Shown here piece by piece: positions 39,653 through 48,304 of a DNA stretch of 64,000 nucleotides (positions are counted from its first letter, which is position 1; each line of letters starts with the position of its first letter). The notes beneath the pieces are model-generated. The model was not told the DNA's origin. It saw nothing but the letters and a program-made list of their open reading frames with translations, and did not search any database. Location of the stretch: positions 1-64,000 of the IMG/VR virus record IMGVR_UViG_3300011113_000784; one strand, given 5' to 3'. Origin of the DNA: a virus. The position numbers and the translations under genes are program-made.

Positions 39653-39765
39653 AATTATTTGAGTTGCTGCATACATAATTATGGAGGTTTCGATCTCCGT
39701 AATGTTAAAATCTTAATAAAAAATACTTAGAAAATTTTACAATTAGTCATATGACAGGTTTCTTG

Positions 39766-39798
39766 GCGGGGGTTCCTAAAAACCCCCGCTTTTTTTTT
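39766..39798 (+). terminator. Rho-independent terminator
   Basis: GCGGGGGTT / AACCCCCGC followed by T9. Confidence 0.9.
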
Positions 39799-39848
39799 GC
39801 ATTGTTTCTTTACTATGCTATAATGTCGAATCTACAGAGGATTATGTA

Positions 39849-40718
39849 ATGGATGCTTTTTCGCTTCTGCCCACCACCAAAATTGATTGTTTGGACAAAG
39901 GGTTTGTCCAAATTGTTGATGTGATGCCACGGGAGATCCCCGAAGGTCAAACCTGCGATTACGCAATCTGTCAAGCTGCAAGAGTTTCGTATGGAGATGG
40001 AACTAAAACTGTAAATGAAGATAAAGGATTAGATCGTTATTTGATGAGACACAGCCATACGACTCCAAATGAAATGATTGTTTTTAAATACAGAATTAAA
40101 GTTCCCATTTTTATTGCTAGACAAATGACACGGCACAGAATGATTTCGCTGAATGAGGTGTCAGGAAGATATTCCGTTATGAAAGATGATTTCTATATTC
40201 CAAGATCTGAAGAAATAAGGGCACAATCAAAAACAAATAAACAAGGATCTGATGGCGCACTAGAAAAAGATCAAGCAGAAATTTATGCTCAATCTATTGA
40301 AAAACATTGTCGTGATTCATATGATATTTATTTGAAAATGATTGAATCTGGCGTATCGAGAGAACAAGCAAGAATGGTTTTACCTTTAAATTTGTATACT
40401 GAATTTTACTGGAAGCAAGATTTACATAATTTATTGCATTTTTTATCGTTAAGAACAGATTCACATGCTCAATACGAGATTCAAGTTTACGCCAATGCTA
40501 TGTTAGATTTAATAAGACCTCTCGTTCCTTGGACAATTGAGGCATGGGATGATTATCATGTCATGCGTGGAGCTGTTAAATTAACACGATTGGAAAAGGA
40601 AGCTTTAATTGAATTTATGCAAAACAAAAATTGTCAGGCTCCAGATATAAAAACGGACAACAAAAGAGAACAGGCTGAATGGAAAGAGAAAGCAAAAAAA
40701 TTAGGATTCAGTGATTGA
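39849..40718 (+). CDS. thyX: Flavin-dependent thymidylate synthase
   Basis: AARVSYG, RHRMISLNEVSGRY, REQARMVLP, LRTDSHAQYEI. Confidence 0.95.
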   Translation: MDAFSLLPTTKIDCLDKGFVQIVDVMPREIPEGQTCDYAICQAARVSYGDGTKTVNEDKGLDRYLMRHSHTTPNEMIVFKYRIKVPIFIARQMTRHRMISLNEVSGRYSVMKDDFYIPRSEEIRAQSKTNKQGSDGALEKDQAEIYAQSIEKHCRDSYDIYLKMIESGVSREQARMVLPLNLYTEFYWKQDLHNLLHFLSLRTDSHAQYEIQVYANAMLDLIRPLVPWTIEAWDDYHVMRGAVKLTRLEKEALIEFMQNKNCQAPDIKTDNKREQAEWKEKAKKLGFSD

Positions 40719-40770
40719 TTTTTGCTATATACAATAATTCCCCTAACTAATTTAGTTAAGGGGAAAAATT

Positions 40771-41199
40771 ATGAGCTTTGATAATTTCTATCGATATGTT
40801 TCTCTTGGTTTAAGTTCATTGACGCTTTTTGGTGTTATGATCTTGGTAAGCGCCAAGATGCCAAATAATTCTGGTTCAAAAATTAGTGAAACAGAATTAC
40901 AATCTCAACTTGCAACAAAAACATTGTATCTTGACAATGTAAACTGGATTCTTTCTAAGAATCCAGAGATTACAATTGTTGACAATCAGGTGTCAGATGG
41001 AATCAATGTCATATTTCATGAAGTGAAAGACACAAAGAATATTAGACTTGCTGATCCTAAGTTTTCCATGAAAGAAGATGATAAGACCGATAATGTTTTG
41101 GTTAAGATGCGAGCTTTTTGTAAGTCTTTAGCTGAAAATGTAAAGGGAAGGATGATTGTCACTAAGACATCTGTTATTGATTCAAGAATTTCAGAATAA
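40771..41199 (+). CDS. Membrane-anchored hypothetical protein
   Basis: N-terminal hydrophobic helix; RBS in a hairpin at 40738-40765. Confidence 0.65.
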   Translation: MSFDNFYRYVSLGLSSLTLFGVMILVSAKMPNNSGSKISETELQSQLATKTLYLDNVNWILSKNPEITIVDNQVSDGINVIFHEVKDTKNIRLADPKFSMKEDDKTDNVLVKMRAFCKSLAENVKGRMIVTKTSVIDSRISE

Positions 41200-41228
41200 T
41201 TTTGCTGACCAGCAAAGGATTACTATGG

Positions 41229-41513
41229 TCATGTCGGGCACAATAGTTTGGATTTGTTTTTCTTAAAATAATATTTGGAGGAAGATGGACGATTTTGAAG
41301 AGGAAGAAAGTTTTGAGAATTATTTAATTGTGATGGTTCTGACTTTTCTTTTTTGGCTTCTTCTTCTTTACTCTTTGCATCAAGTGTTTTGATCAACTCT
41401 TTGATTTCAGCTTTTTCAATTTCCTCTTTGCTAGGAAATTTTACGACTGGTGGCTCTTGAGCTAAGCAAATGCTTGATGCAAAGAGACATGTAAGAATTA
41501 TTCTATTTATCAT
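41229..41513 (-). CDS. Small secreted protein
   Basis: Signal-peptide-like MINRIILTCLFASSICLA. Confidence 0.6.
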   Translation of the reverse strand: MINRIILTCLFASSICLAQEPPVVKFPSKEEIEKAEIKELIKTLDAKSKEEEAKKEKSEPSQLNNSQNFLPLQNRPSSSKYYFKKNKSKLLCPT

Positions 41514-42793
41514 TCCTCGATGCCTTCAACGGCATTTGTCACAGTTTTTACTATCGCATCAAGAATGTCTTGACCATACAATTCAACTATTTTTGGCAGG
41601 ATGTTTTTAACTACCAGCTTTAGAAGCACGGTAGAAATTCCACCCATCTTTTGGTCTTTGAGCATTTCTTGCACTTGTTCTTTGCTAAGGGCACTAGCAC
41701 CCAAAGTTTTTTCGGTTTGATAATTAGCTTGCATTTTGATTTCAGACAACATGCTGAGTAAGAAATCAAGCACATTTGGACCAAATTTCTTAATCATTTC
41801 CATGATGAAGGATACAGAAAAATTACTTCTTAATCCTTCAGCAATAGTTGAAAGAACTTCTGGACCATATTTGCCCACTAAATCGGTCACATCGCTTGCT
41901 GCCATGCCTTTGCTGATGGCATCGTTCTTAAGGTCTTCTACTTCATTTTCTGGATAAAAGTACTTCGTAGTTGACATGTCTGACTCCATAGAGGTTTTAA
42001 CTACTGGAACATCATCTGCTTTGTTTGGATCGTTTGGATCATCCAAAACTCCTTGGAATGCAAAACAATCTAGCTCTCTACCACCAAAAGCTTCTTTTCT
42101 TAGATAGCAATAGCCTTTGATACCAAAATTAGAACCCCAGCTATTTTGGACTTTTACTAACCAGCCATACTTGGGGTGGTTTTTTAAACCACAAGCAAGC
42201 ATTGAGTGTCCACCAAGAACACCTCTAGCAAGAGGAGCAATGCCTTCTGAATCTACGCTAGTAAAATTATCGCCAACATTGATTCCTATGTTGACGACAA
42301 AGCCAAGATTCAAGGCTTGACAAATTTGATTAAATGATGTGCATTTATAGGCTTGATCTAGTTTAAATCTTGCTGCATTATCATATGCTGCCTTGGTCAA
42401 GCTTTTCTTGTAATAAACTTTATCACTTGGGAATGCATCGGTCTCACAAATGCCATATTTCATAGATGCGCTCATGGCATCAGAAATATAAGCACCATCA
42501 TCTGCTCCACCATTAATCAATGCATACATGAAAAATGGGTTGAAATTCTTTTCAACATTTTGACGCTGCTTATAAAGTATTTCCATGCCTGTAGCTGTGG
42601 CATGAGCTACGCAACTACTTGTATTTCTTTGATTTAAAATTCGGTGGCTTTCCCAAGACAGATCAATATCTCTAAGGGGCAAGGGATCTGCACCCATGAA
42701 AGTTGTGCCGAATAGAGGCAAATCATTTTCTGGGCTAGGCTTATAAGAAAGTACACGATAATATCCATCAAAAAATATTGCTGGAAAACTCAT
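41510..42793 (-). CDS. Papain-like (C1) cysteine peptidase with helical C-terminal domain
   Basis: Q..SSCVAHA, GGHSML, VQNSWG..G..GY. Confidence 0.88.
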   Translation of the reverse strand: MSFPAIFFDGYYRVLSYKPSPENDLPLFGTTFMGADPLPLRDIDLSWESHRILNQRNTSSCVAHATATGMEILYKQRQNVEKNFNPFFMYALINGGADDGAYISDAMSASMKYGICETDAFPSDKVYYKKSLTKAAYDNAARFKLDQAYKCTSFNQICQALNLGFVVNIGINVGDNFTSVDSEGIAPLARGVLGGHSMLACGLKNHPKYGWLVKVQNSWGSNFGIKGYCYLRKEAFGGRELDCFAFQGVLDDPNDPNKADDVPVVKTSMESDMSTTKYFYPENEVEDLKNDAISKGMAASDVTDLVGKYGPEVLSTIAEGLRSNFSVSFIMEMIKKFGPNVLDFLLSMLSEIKMQANYQTEKTLGASALSKEQVQEMLKDQKMGGISTVLLKLVVKNILPKIVELYGQDILDAIVKTVTNAVEGIEE

Positions 42794-42794
42794 T

Positions 42795-43556
42795 TTATTC
42801 TCCCTTTGTGATCTTGTTTAGGACTTTGATTACATCTGCATCAGTCTTTGGGATTGCGCTGTAATACAATACTGTTCCGTCACTTTTCTGAACAACAAAC
42901 AAAGTGTTGCCAGTCTTTTTCAAAAGCGTGTCCATATTTTTTTCTTTTACAATTTTGCTATTAATGTCATAGACTTTATAAAAACTTTTAGTGTTATTGA
43001 TAATATCTCTTATTTCTTTGCTGTTTAACACAGATGCTATTTCAGGAGAAGATTGGTTGTAATCCGTTAGGAAGGTTACATGTATGCCTTCTGTTACTTT
43101 TTCAGGAGTTACTTCTGGATCAACTGGTACTGGCTTAACAGGATCAGGCTTAATAGGATCGGGTTTTACAGGGTCTGTTCCTTTAATAGTAATGTCTGTT
43201 CGTGCAAATTCAGTTAATTTGCCATCAGCTAAAGCAATTGCAAAAACATTAACAACGCCAGATGGTGGTACGGAAACAATTAGACTGTTGGTAACATCAT
43301 TTGCAACAAATTTTACTTTGCTATTTCCGATTACAAACCATTTTACTTGACCCTTTGATTTCGCTTGAATAAGCATAAATCCTTCATTTGGATCAACTGT
43401 AACTGGCTCAGGCAGTTCTAATCCTTCAACTTTATTGGGTACGGAGTAAATTGGTGATTTGGGTACGGCTGGAGGTTCTGATGGTGCAAGAACACCATCA
43501 GCGAAAATATTTGTAGCTAAAGTTAATAAACAAAAAATTCGAAGCAGAATATTCAT
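42795..43556 (-). CDS. Secreted protein with Pro-rich (KPDP) linker
   Basis: Signal peptide; DPVKPDPIKPDPVKPVP. Confidence 0.7.
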   Translation of the reverse strand: MNILLRIFCLLTLATNIFADGVLAPSEPPAVPKSPIYSVPNKVEGLELPEPVTVDPNEGFMLIQAKSKGQVKWFVIGNSKVKFVANDVTNSLIVSVPPSGVVNVFAIALADGKLTEFARTDITIKGTDPVKPDPIKPDPVKPVPVDPEVTPEKVTEGIHVTFLTDYNQSSPEIASVLNSKEIRDIINNTKSFYKVYDINSKIVKEKNMDTLLKKTGNTLFVVQKSDGTVLYYSAIPKTDADVIKVLNKITKGE

Positions 43557-43619
43557 AGCATCTCCAAATTATTGGATTATTCTTTCGATAACACAAAATA
43601 ATTGCGTTAATCTAATCGT

Positions 43620-43642
43620 AGTAATGTGTGCCTAGATCATAC
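43620..43642 (+). repeat. Solitary CRISPR repeat handle AGTAATGTGTGCCTAGATCATAC
   Basis: 18/23 to the repeat at 12429; compensatory C-G to G-C pair plus a G-U wobble keep the 5-bp stem. Confidence 0.65.
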
Positions 43643-43652
43643 TGCTGTTAAT

Positions 43653-45014
43653 TTAGTGTGTTTCTTTATTAAATAACCACTCAGAAAAATTAAAATTTTT
43701 ATTTTCTTTTAGTTTTTTCAGTAGTTTTTCTCCACCTTTTTTGCCTTCGGGGGCACATTTTTTAGGATTTCTTTCACAGAAGGTATCAAAATATCTCGAT
43801 ACCTGTCTCAATGCAGCAATTAATTTTTTCCATTCAGGATTTTTCCCCAAATCTCTTACCAAGCCAGTATAGTAACCTCCAATTTCATAAACTTCATTGA
43901 AGGTATCAATAATAGCTTTGTCATATTTTTCATTTCCAAAATTGCATCCATTTGTTTTTAAAATGCCCACAACATCGTTCATAATTTTTTTCCAGTTGTT
44001 TTTTCCTAAATGCTTTATATTTTCAGGATGTTCTTCATAGTAAGACATTTTACGAGGTAATGCTTTAAATTTGTATAATCTCTTTATAGTGTCTAAAACT
44101 GAGAACGGAAATTCTTTGTTGGAGACTTTATCTAATATTTGCACTGCCATGTTGTCAAAACTACTTATAAAGTTTTTACCAACTGTCCCGCTCATAATTT
44201 TTTCTTCTTCTGGTTCAGGTGCTGGTCCTTTACGGAACATTTCGCCAGCAATTGGTTCACCAGCAGCCAGAGCCCTTCTTCTTTCTTCTTCTTCAGCCAC
44301 TTCTCTTTCTTCTGCTTCTCTTCTTTTTTCTTCAGCTTTTTTAACCTGCTCTTTTCTCTTTGTTTCTGTTTCTGTTTCTTTCTCTATTTCATCTTCTGCT
44401 TTTGGCTTTTCTAATGCATAAGCATATGGAGATATTCTTTCTGGGAAACCAGCACCAGTTCTTATGTCTGGAGCGCCATAACCTTTCATTTCTGGTTTTG
44501 ATTCTGGTTTTGATTCCTTGGGTGTTTGCACATCTTTTTTAGTTGATGCAGTGCTACTACTAGCAGATCTTGTTGTTGTCTTTCTTGTGCTGGTTGGAAT
44601 TGTTTCAGATTGCTTTTCAACTTCTGCTGGTTTCAGACTTTTCTTTTGTATTGAATATGTGACAAAATTATCTGTATTGTTTCTCAAATTTTGCAGAACT
44701 GTCTGGGCTTGCAATTTGTCGCCAGTATATTTTTCCACACTGTTGGCAAATGTTCTATAAGCAAAATCTAATTGATTTCTTAATGTTTGTTCTGCTTGGT
44801 CGATATCAGCAGTTCCATAACCTGCTCTGAATCCATGATAAAGACCTTTTAACGCACCACCAATACCACTAAAAATATCTTCTGATAAAATTGCACCAGA
44901 ATTTATTTGTTGTGATAATTTCAATAAATGTGAAGGATGAATTTTTTTCTCCACCAAAAAATCAATAAATTTTTTGTCGAATACTTTTTTATCTAAAGCG
45001 TTAAGCATTTTCAT
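43653..45014 (-). CDS. Hypothetical protein, probable virion internal protein
   Basis: ILSE before a Gly-rich helix; charged low-complexity middle. Confidence 0.65.
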   Translation of the reverse strand: MKMLNALDKKVFDKKFIDFLVEKKIHPSHLLKLSQQINSGAILSEDIFSGIGGALKGLYHGFRAGYGTADIDQAEQTLRNQLDFAYRTFANSVEKYTGDKLQAQTVLQNLRNNTDNFVTYSIQKKSLKPAEVEKQSETIPTSTRKTTTRSASSSTASTKKDVQTPKESKPESKPEMKGYGAPDIRTGAGFPERISPYAYALEKPKAEDEIEKETETETKRKEQVKKAEEKRREAEEREVAEEEERRRALAAGEPIAGEMFRKGPAPEPEEEKIMSGTVGKNFISSFDNMAVQILDKVSNKEFPFSVLDTIKRLYKFKALPRKMSYYEEHPENIKHLGKNNWKKIMNDVVGILKTNGCNFGNEKYDKAIIDTFNEVYEIGGYYTGLVRDLGKNPEWKKLIAALRQVSRYFDTFCERNPKKCAPEGKKGGEKLLKKLKENKNFNFSEWLFNKETH

Positions 45015-45041
45015 ACCTCTGTCTATAACTCTATTTACTTT

Positions 45042-46424
45042 ATGGACAGATTTTTTTCTAATTTTTTTGATAAGCTTTATTCGTCAAATTTAACGATAAA
45101 TGTCATTGGCGATGTGTTAATTGATGAATATTATCAGGTAGAAGTTGATCGTATTAGTCCAGAGTTTCCAATCCCAATACATTCTTCCCAAACAGAGGAA
45201 GCCTCCAAAATTCTCTGTGGTGGTGCTGCAAATGTTGCCGCACAATTTAAAAATTTTGGCGTTAAAGTTAATCTTATATCATTGATTAATCCAAAAACTC
45301 AAGAAATATGTGAATTTAGTGGAATCAACACAAATAATTCAATTGTTGACCCATTAATTAAAAATCCTATTAAAAAGAGATTCTATAAAGATTTTCATCC
45401 TTTAATCAGATGGGATGTAGAACAAATCAATTTTGGTTTACCCAATGTTGGCGATTATCTTGAAAAAATTGATATTCCTGATGCGGATATTAATATTTTT
45501 TCTGATTATGACAAAGGTTTGTTTGCCACAAATTGGCATCAAAAGTTTTTCAAGAAAACAAAGTCTTTAGTTGATCCAAAGAAAAAATTTAATATATGGG
45601 AAAATTGTTATTTGTTCAAACCCAATGCTATTGAAGCTCAAAGTTTTGTATCAAAAAATAATGTGGAAGATCAATTAAAGTGGATAAAATCACTTCTTAA
45701 TTGCGAAAATGTTGTAATTACTGATTCTGGAAATGGTGTAAGCGCAATAGACGATAATGATAATTTGTATTATGTGACTCCACATAAAAAGGTTATAAAG
45801 CCAGAATCAGTTATTGGCGCTGGTGATTGCTTTATGGCTTTTCTTGCCATGTCAATTGGATTGAACATCGATTTGATGGATTGCTTAAGCATAGCATTTG
45901 AAGCTGGAACTAATTATGTGGCAAACAGATACAATAAGCCGCTAAATCCTTGTGATTTCTTTTTAGAAGATAAAGTCATCACTAATCCTGCCATTTTGAA
46001 AAACAGAGATTTTAATTTAGTGTGGAGTAATGGTTGCATGGATATCATGCACAGCGGACATATTCATTCTTTAAAATATGCAAAATCTTTAGGAGACAAG
46101 CTTTGTGTCGGAATTAATTCTGATGAAAGTATTAAACGATTGAAGGGCAATAATCGTCCTATTGTTTCTTTGCAAAACAGAATTGAAATGTTGAAGGCTC
46201 TTGATTGTGTTGATTTTATTGTTGTTTTAGAAGATGATTATCCACAAAAAATAATAGAACAAATAAATCCGAATGTTTTGGTAAAAGGAGAAGATTGGAA
46301 AGGTAAAGATGTAGCGGGTGCAAACATTGTTGATCGTGTTGAATATTTCCCCTTGGTTCAGGGGATGTCAACAACCAGCATAATTGAAAAAATTATTGAT
46401 GTTTATGGACAAGGTGATTCTTAA
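45042..46424 (+). CDS. hldE: Bifunctional ADP-heptose synthase (kinase + adenylyltransferase)
   Basis: VIGDVLIDEY..RISPE-P-P, GGAANVA, SDYDKG, GAGD; NGCMDIMHSGH, NSDESIKRLKG-NRP, VKG-D, STTSII. Confidence 0.93.
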   Translation: MDRFFSNFFDKLYSSNLTINVIGDVLIDEYYQVEVDRISPEFPIPIHSSQTEEASKILCGGAANVAAQFKNFGVKVNLISLINPKTQEICEFSGINTNNSIVDPLIKNPIKKRFYKDFHPLIRWDVEQINFGLPNVGDYLEKIDIPDADINIFSDYDKGLFATNWHQKFFKKTKSLVDPKKKFNIWENCYLFKPNAIEAQSFVSKNNVEDQLKWIKSLLNCENVVITDSGNGVSAIDDNDNLYYVTPHKKVIKPESVIGAGDCFMAFLAMSIGLNIDLMDCLSIAFEAGTNYVANRYNKPLNPCDFFLEDKVITNPAILKNRDFNLVWSNGCMDIMHSGHIHSLKYAKSLGDKLCVGINSDESIKRLKGNNRPIVSLQNRIEMLKALDCVDFIVVLEDDYPQKIIEQINPNVLVKGEDWKGKDVAGANIVDRVEYFPLVQGMSTTSIIEKIIDVYGQGDS

Positions 46425-46521
46425 TAAATGGGCAATAGTGACATTGTCCAATAATTGTGGCAGTAATGCCAGTGAAAAGACCAAGAATAAAGGCAACTAA
46501 CAAAGTAATAAGCGTTTTCAT
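46393..46521 (-). CDS. 42-aa membrane peptide (not in ORF track)
   Basis: SD GGAGGAG; MKTLITLLVAFILGLFTGITATIIGQCHYCP.. Confidence 0.55.
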   Translation of the reverse strand: MKTLITLLVAFILGLFTGITATIIGQCHYCPFIKNHLVHKHQ

Positions 46522-46549
46522 TTTTGTCTCCTCCATTCTAAATATAGAT

Positions 46550-46873
46550 ATGTTATCATTTAAACAGTTTTTAAATTATATTGAAGAACAGACAACTACT
46601 GTTCCTGTTGTTCCGACTAAACCTACTTCTACTGGAACAAAGCCAGCAACAACAGCACCTAAGATTCCTGATGCTACAAGAAAAAAATTAGATTCTGCTG
46701 CCGTCCGCAATACTGCTGCTATTAGGTTATATCAAACAGGCAAAACACAACAAGCAGTCGATGCATTGAGAAAAGACCCAAATTTTTTGCTGGCAATGCA
46801 AGATTTAACTAAGACAAGCGCCCCGGCTACCGCTTCTCAGTTGGTAAATGTTGCATTAGGTGGAAATCCATGA
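46550..46873 (+). CDS. Protein with capsid-targeting-like N-terminus
   Basis: MLSFKQFLNYIEE, Thr/Pro linker. Confidence 0.7.
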   Translation: MLSFKQFLNYIEEQTTTVPVVPTKPTSTGTKPATTAPKIPDATRKKLDSAAVRNTAAIRLYQTGKTQQAVDALRKDPNFLLAMQDLTKTSAPATASQLVNVALGGNP

Positions 46874-47016
46874 CTTTTAAAGAATTTTTAAAATTGGAAG
46901 AAGCTAATGGACATGGAGGAAAACGCCATAACTCTTTCACTGTTCTAAGGATGAATTATCGTAATCCTCAACCGACTTCTGCTAAAAAGCAAATGAAAAA
47001 ACTATTTAAGATTTAA
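46870..47016 (+). CDS. 48-aa basic peptide with capsid-targeting-like N-terminus (not in ORF track)
   Basis: MTFKEFLKLEEANGHGGKRH..; ATGA overlap. Confidence 0.6.
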   Translation: MTFKEFLKLEEANGHGGKRHNSFTVLRMNYRNPQPTSAKKQMKKLFKI

Positions 47017-47603
47017 TGCTTCTCTTTCCAAAACAAAATTATCAAAAGTTTAATTTGGGTATTATTGTACCTCCTCGTAAGCCCCACGATATTCTTTCGT
47101 TTCTTTGTTGGTTCTCATTTTTTAAGTTTTTGCCAAAAGTAAAACCAATTATTATTGTTGCAGGTAATCCACCTGTTGACTTTGCATCTTGGGCTAGAAA
47201 ACTTAATTTTCCTGTTTTTTATGCACACGAATGCTTTCATCCAAATCAAATAGTAGATCTCGATATATGGGATGAATCATATGCAATAGTTATTTCTAAT
47301 GTTTTTTGCATGAGGAAGTTCCAATTAAATAAAAATTTTGATAGTGATTTTATGGTTCTTAGATCAAAAACTCCAAATAATAAGGATTTTTTGATAGAAG
47401 ATATAAAAAATAACAATTATTGTCATGCTGTTTTCTGGGATATCAAAAATAATTTTGAAGAAGTTAGAGATAGTCTAATAAATAATATCGGCATATTCCC
47501 TAAAGATAAAAGTTTAAATCAAATTAAACTGGAATCTATATGGGAAGATGCGAAAAACATAAGAACTCTTTTAAATCAGGAGGTTCGCCATGAAGAGATT
47601 TGA
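47016..47603 (+). CDS. Hypothetical protein
   Basis: 195-aa ORF coupled to its neighbours. Confidence 0.6.
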   Translation: MLLFPKQNYQKFNLGIIVPPRKPHDILSFLCWFSFFKFLPKVKPIIIVAGNPPVDFASWARKLNFPVFYAHECFHPNQIVDLDIWDESYAIVISNVFCMRKFQLNKNFDSDFMVLRSKTPNNKDFLIEDIKNNNYCHAVFWDIKNNFEEVRDSLINNIGIFPKDKSLNQIKLESIWEDAKNIRTLLNQEVRHEEI

Positions 47604-47862
47604 GTTTACTTATGGCGATGGCGAGTTCGATGATGAGGACGAAGATCAAGAAGATCAAGAAGGAAACTTTATTGATTCTCAAATGCTTGCCATGCAGATG
47701 GAACAAAATGTTCTTATAGAACAAGAAATACAAGCAAAGCTTTTAGAAGAAGCTTATAAAATTTGTAAAGGATCTTGGATGTGGTCGTTTATGTCGATAC
47801 CTTCCAGAATGAAAAAAGTAAAAATTGTATACGAGGAAATAAAAAAAATTATTAACGAATAA
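47590..47862 (+). CDS. Acidic hypothetical protein
   Basis: SD AGGAGG. Confidence 0.7.
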   Translation: MKRFEFTYGDGEFDDEDEDQEDQEGNFIDSQMLAMQMEQNVLIEQEIQAKLLEEAYKICKGSWMWSFMSIPSRMKKVKIVYEEIKKIINE

Positions 47863-47908
47863 ATTTTTTAGACTATATTAATTTAATTATGGTCTAAGGG
47901 TTATAATC

Positions 47909-48235
47909 TTGCCTACATATAATTTCGAATGCAAGAACTGCAATAAAATCTATGAGACACTAGCATCATTCGACCAAACAGGCAAGTATGCTAGTGTCTC
48001 TTGTCCTCATTGCAATTCTAAGAAAAAGAAAAAATTGCTTAATGACGCTAATATCAAATTTGCTCAACCAAAAGATACGAGCAAGTTTGATAATTTCAAC
48101 TATCGTGCAGGCTATAACTTAGAACAAGCACAGAATCTTCGTAGGGATGCACAAGCTGCATCGCACATGGGCACAGATCCATATAGAGCGATTGATGATA
48201 TTAACAGTGGTGAAAATTTTGGCGAAGTGAAATAA
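47909..48235 (+). CDS. FmdB-family zinc ribbon protein
   Basis: MPTYNFECKNC..FE-like..CPHCNS..KLL. Confidence 0.85.
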   Translation: MPTYNFECKNCNKIYETLASFDQTGKYASVSCPHCNSKKKKKLLNDANIKFAQPKDTSKFDNFNYRAGYNLEQAQNLRRDAQAASHMGTDPYRAIDDINSGENFGEVK

Positions 48236-48304
48236 TTGACACTAATTTATGGTGCATTATATTAAGTTTAAGTATTCTTGAATTACACGGAGAGGTAAAT
48301 CGAC

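Noticed and set aside
42206-42226. GTGT..ACAC stem in the peptidase gene
   Set aside because: Inside coding sequence at the catalytic His motif; flanks do not match the handle
44071-44760. Several plus-strand Phe/Ser/Leu-rich ORFs
   Set aside because: Antisense shadows of the Glu/Lys-rich minus-strand gene; the same applies to most short nested ORFs in the track
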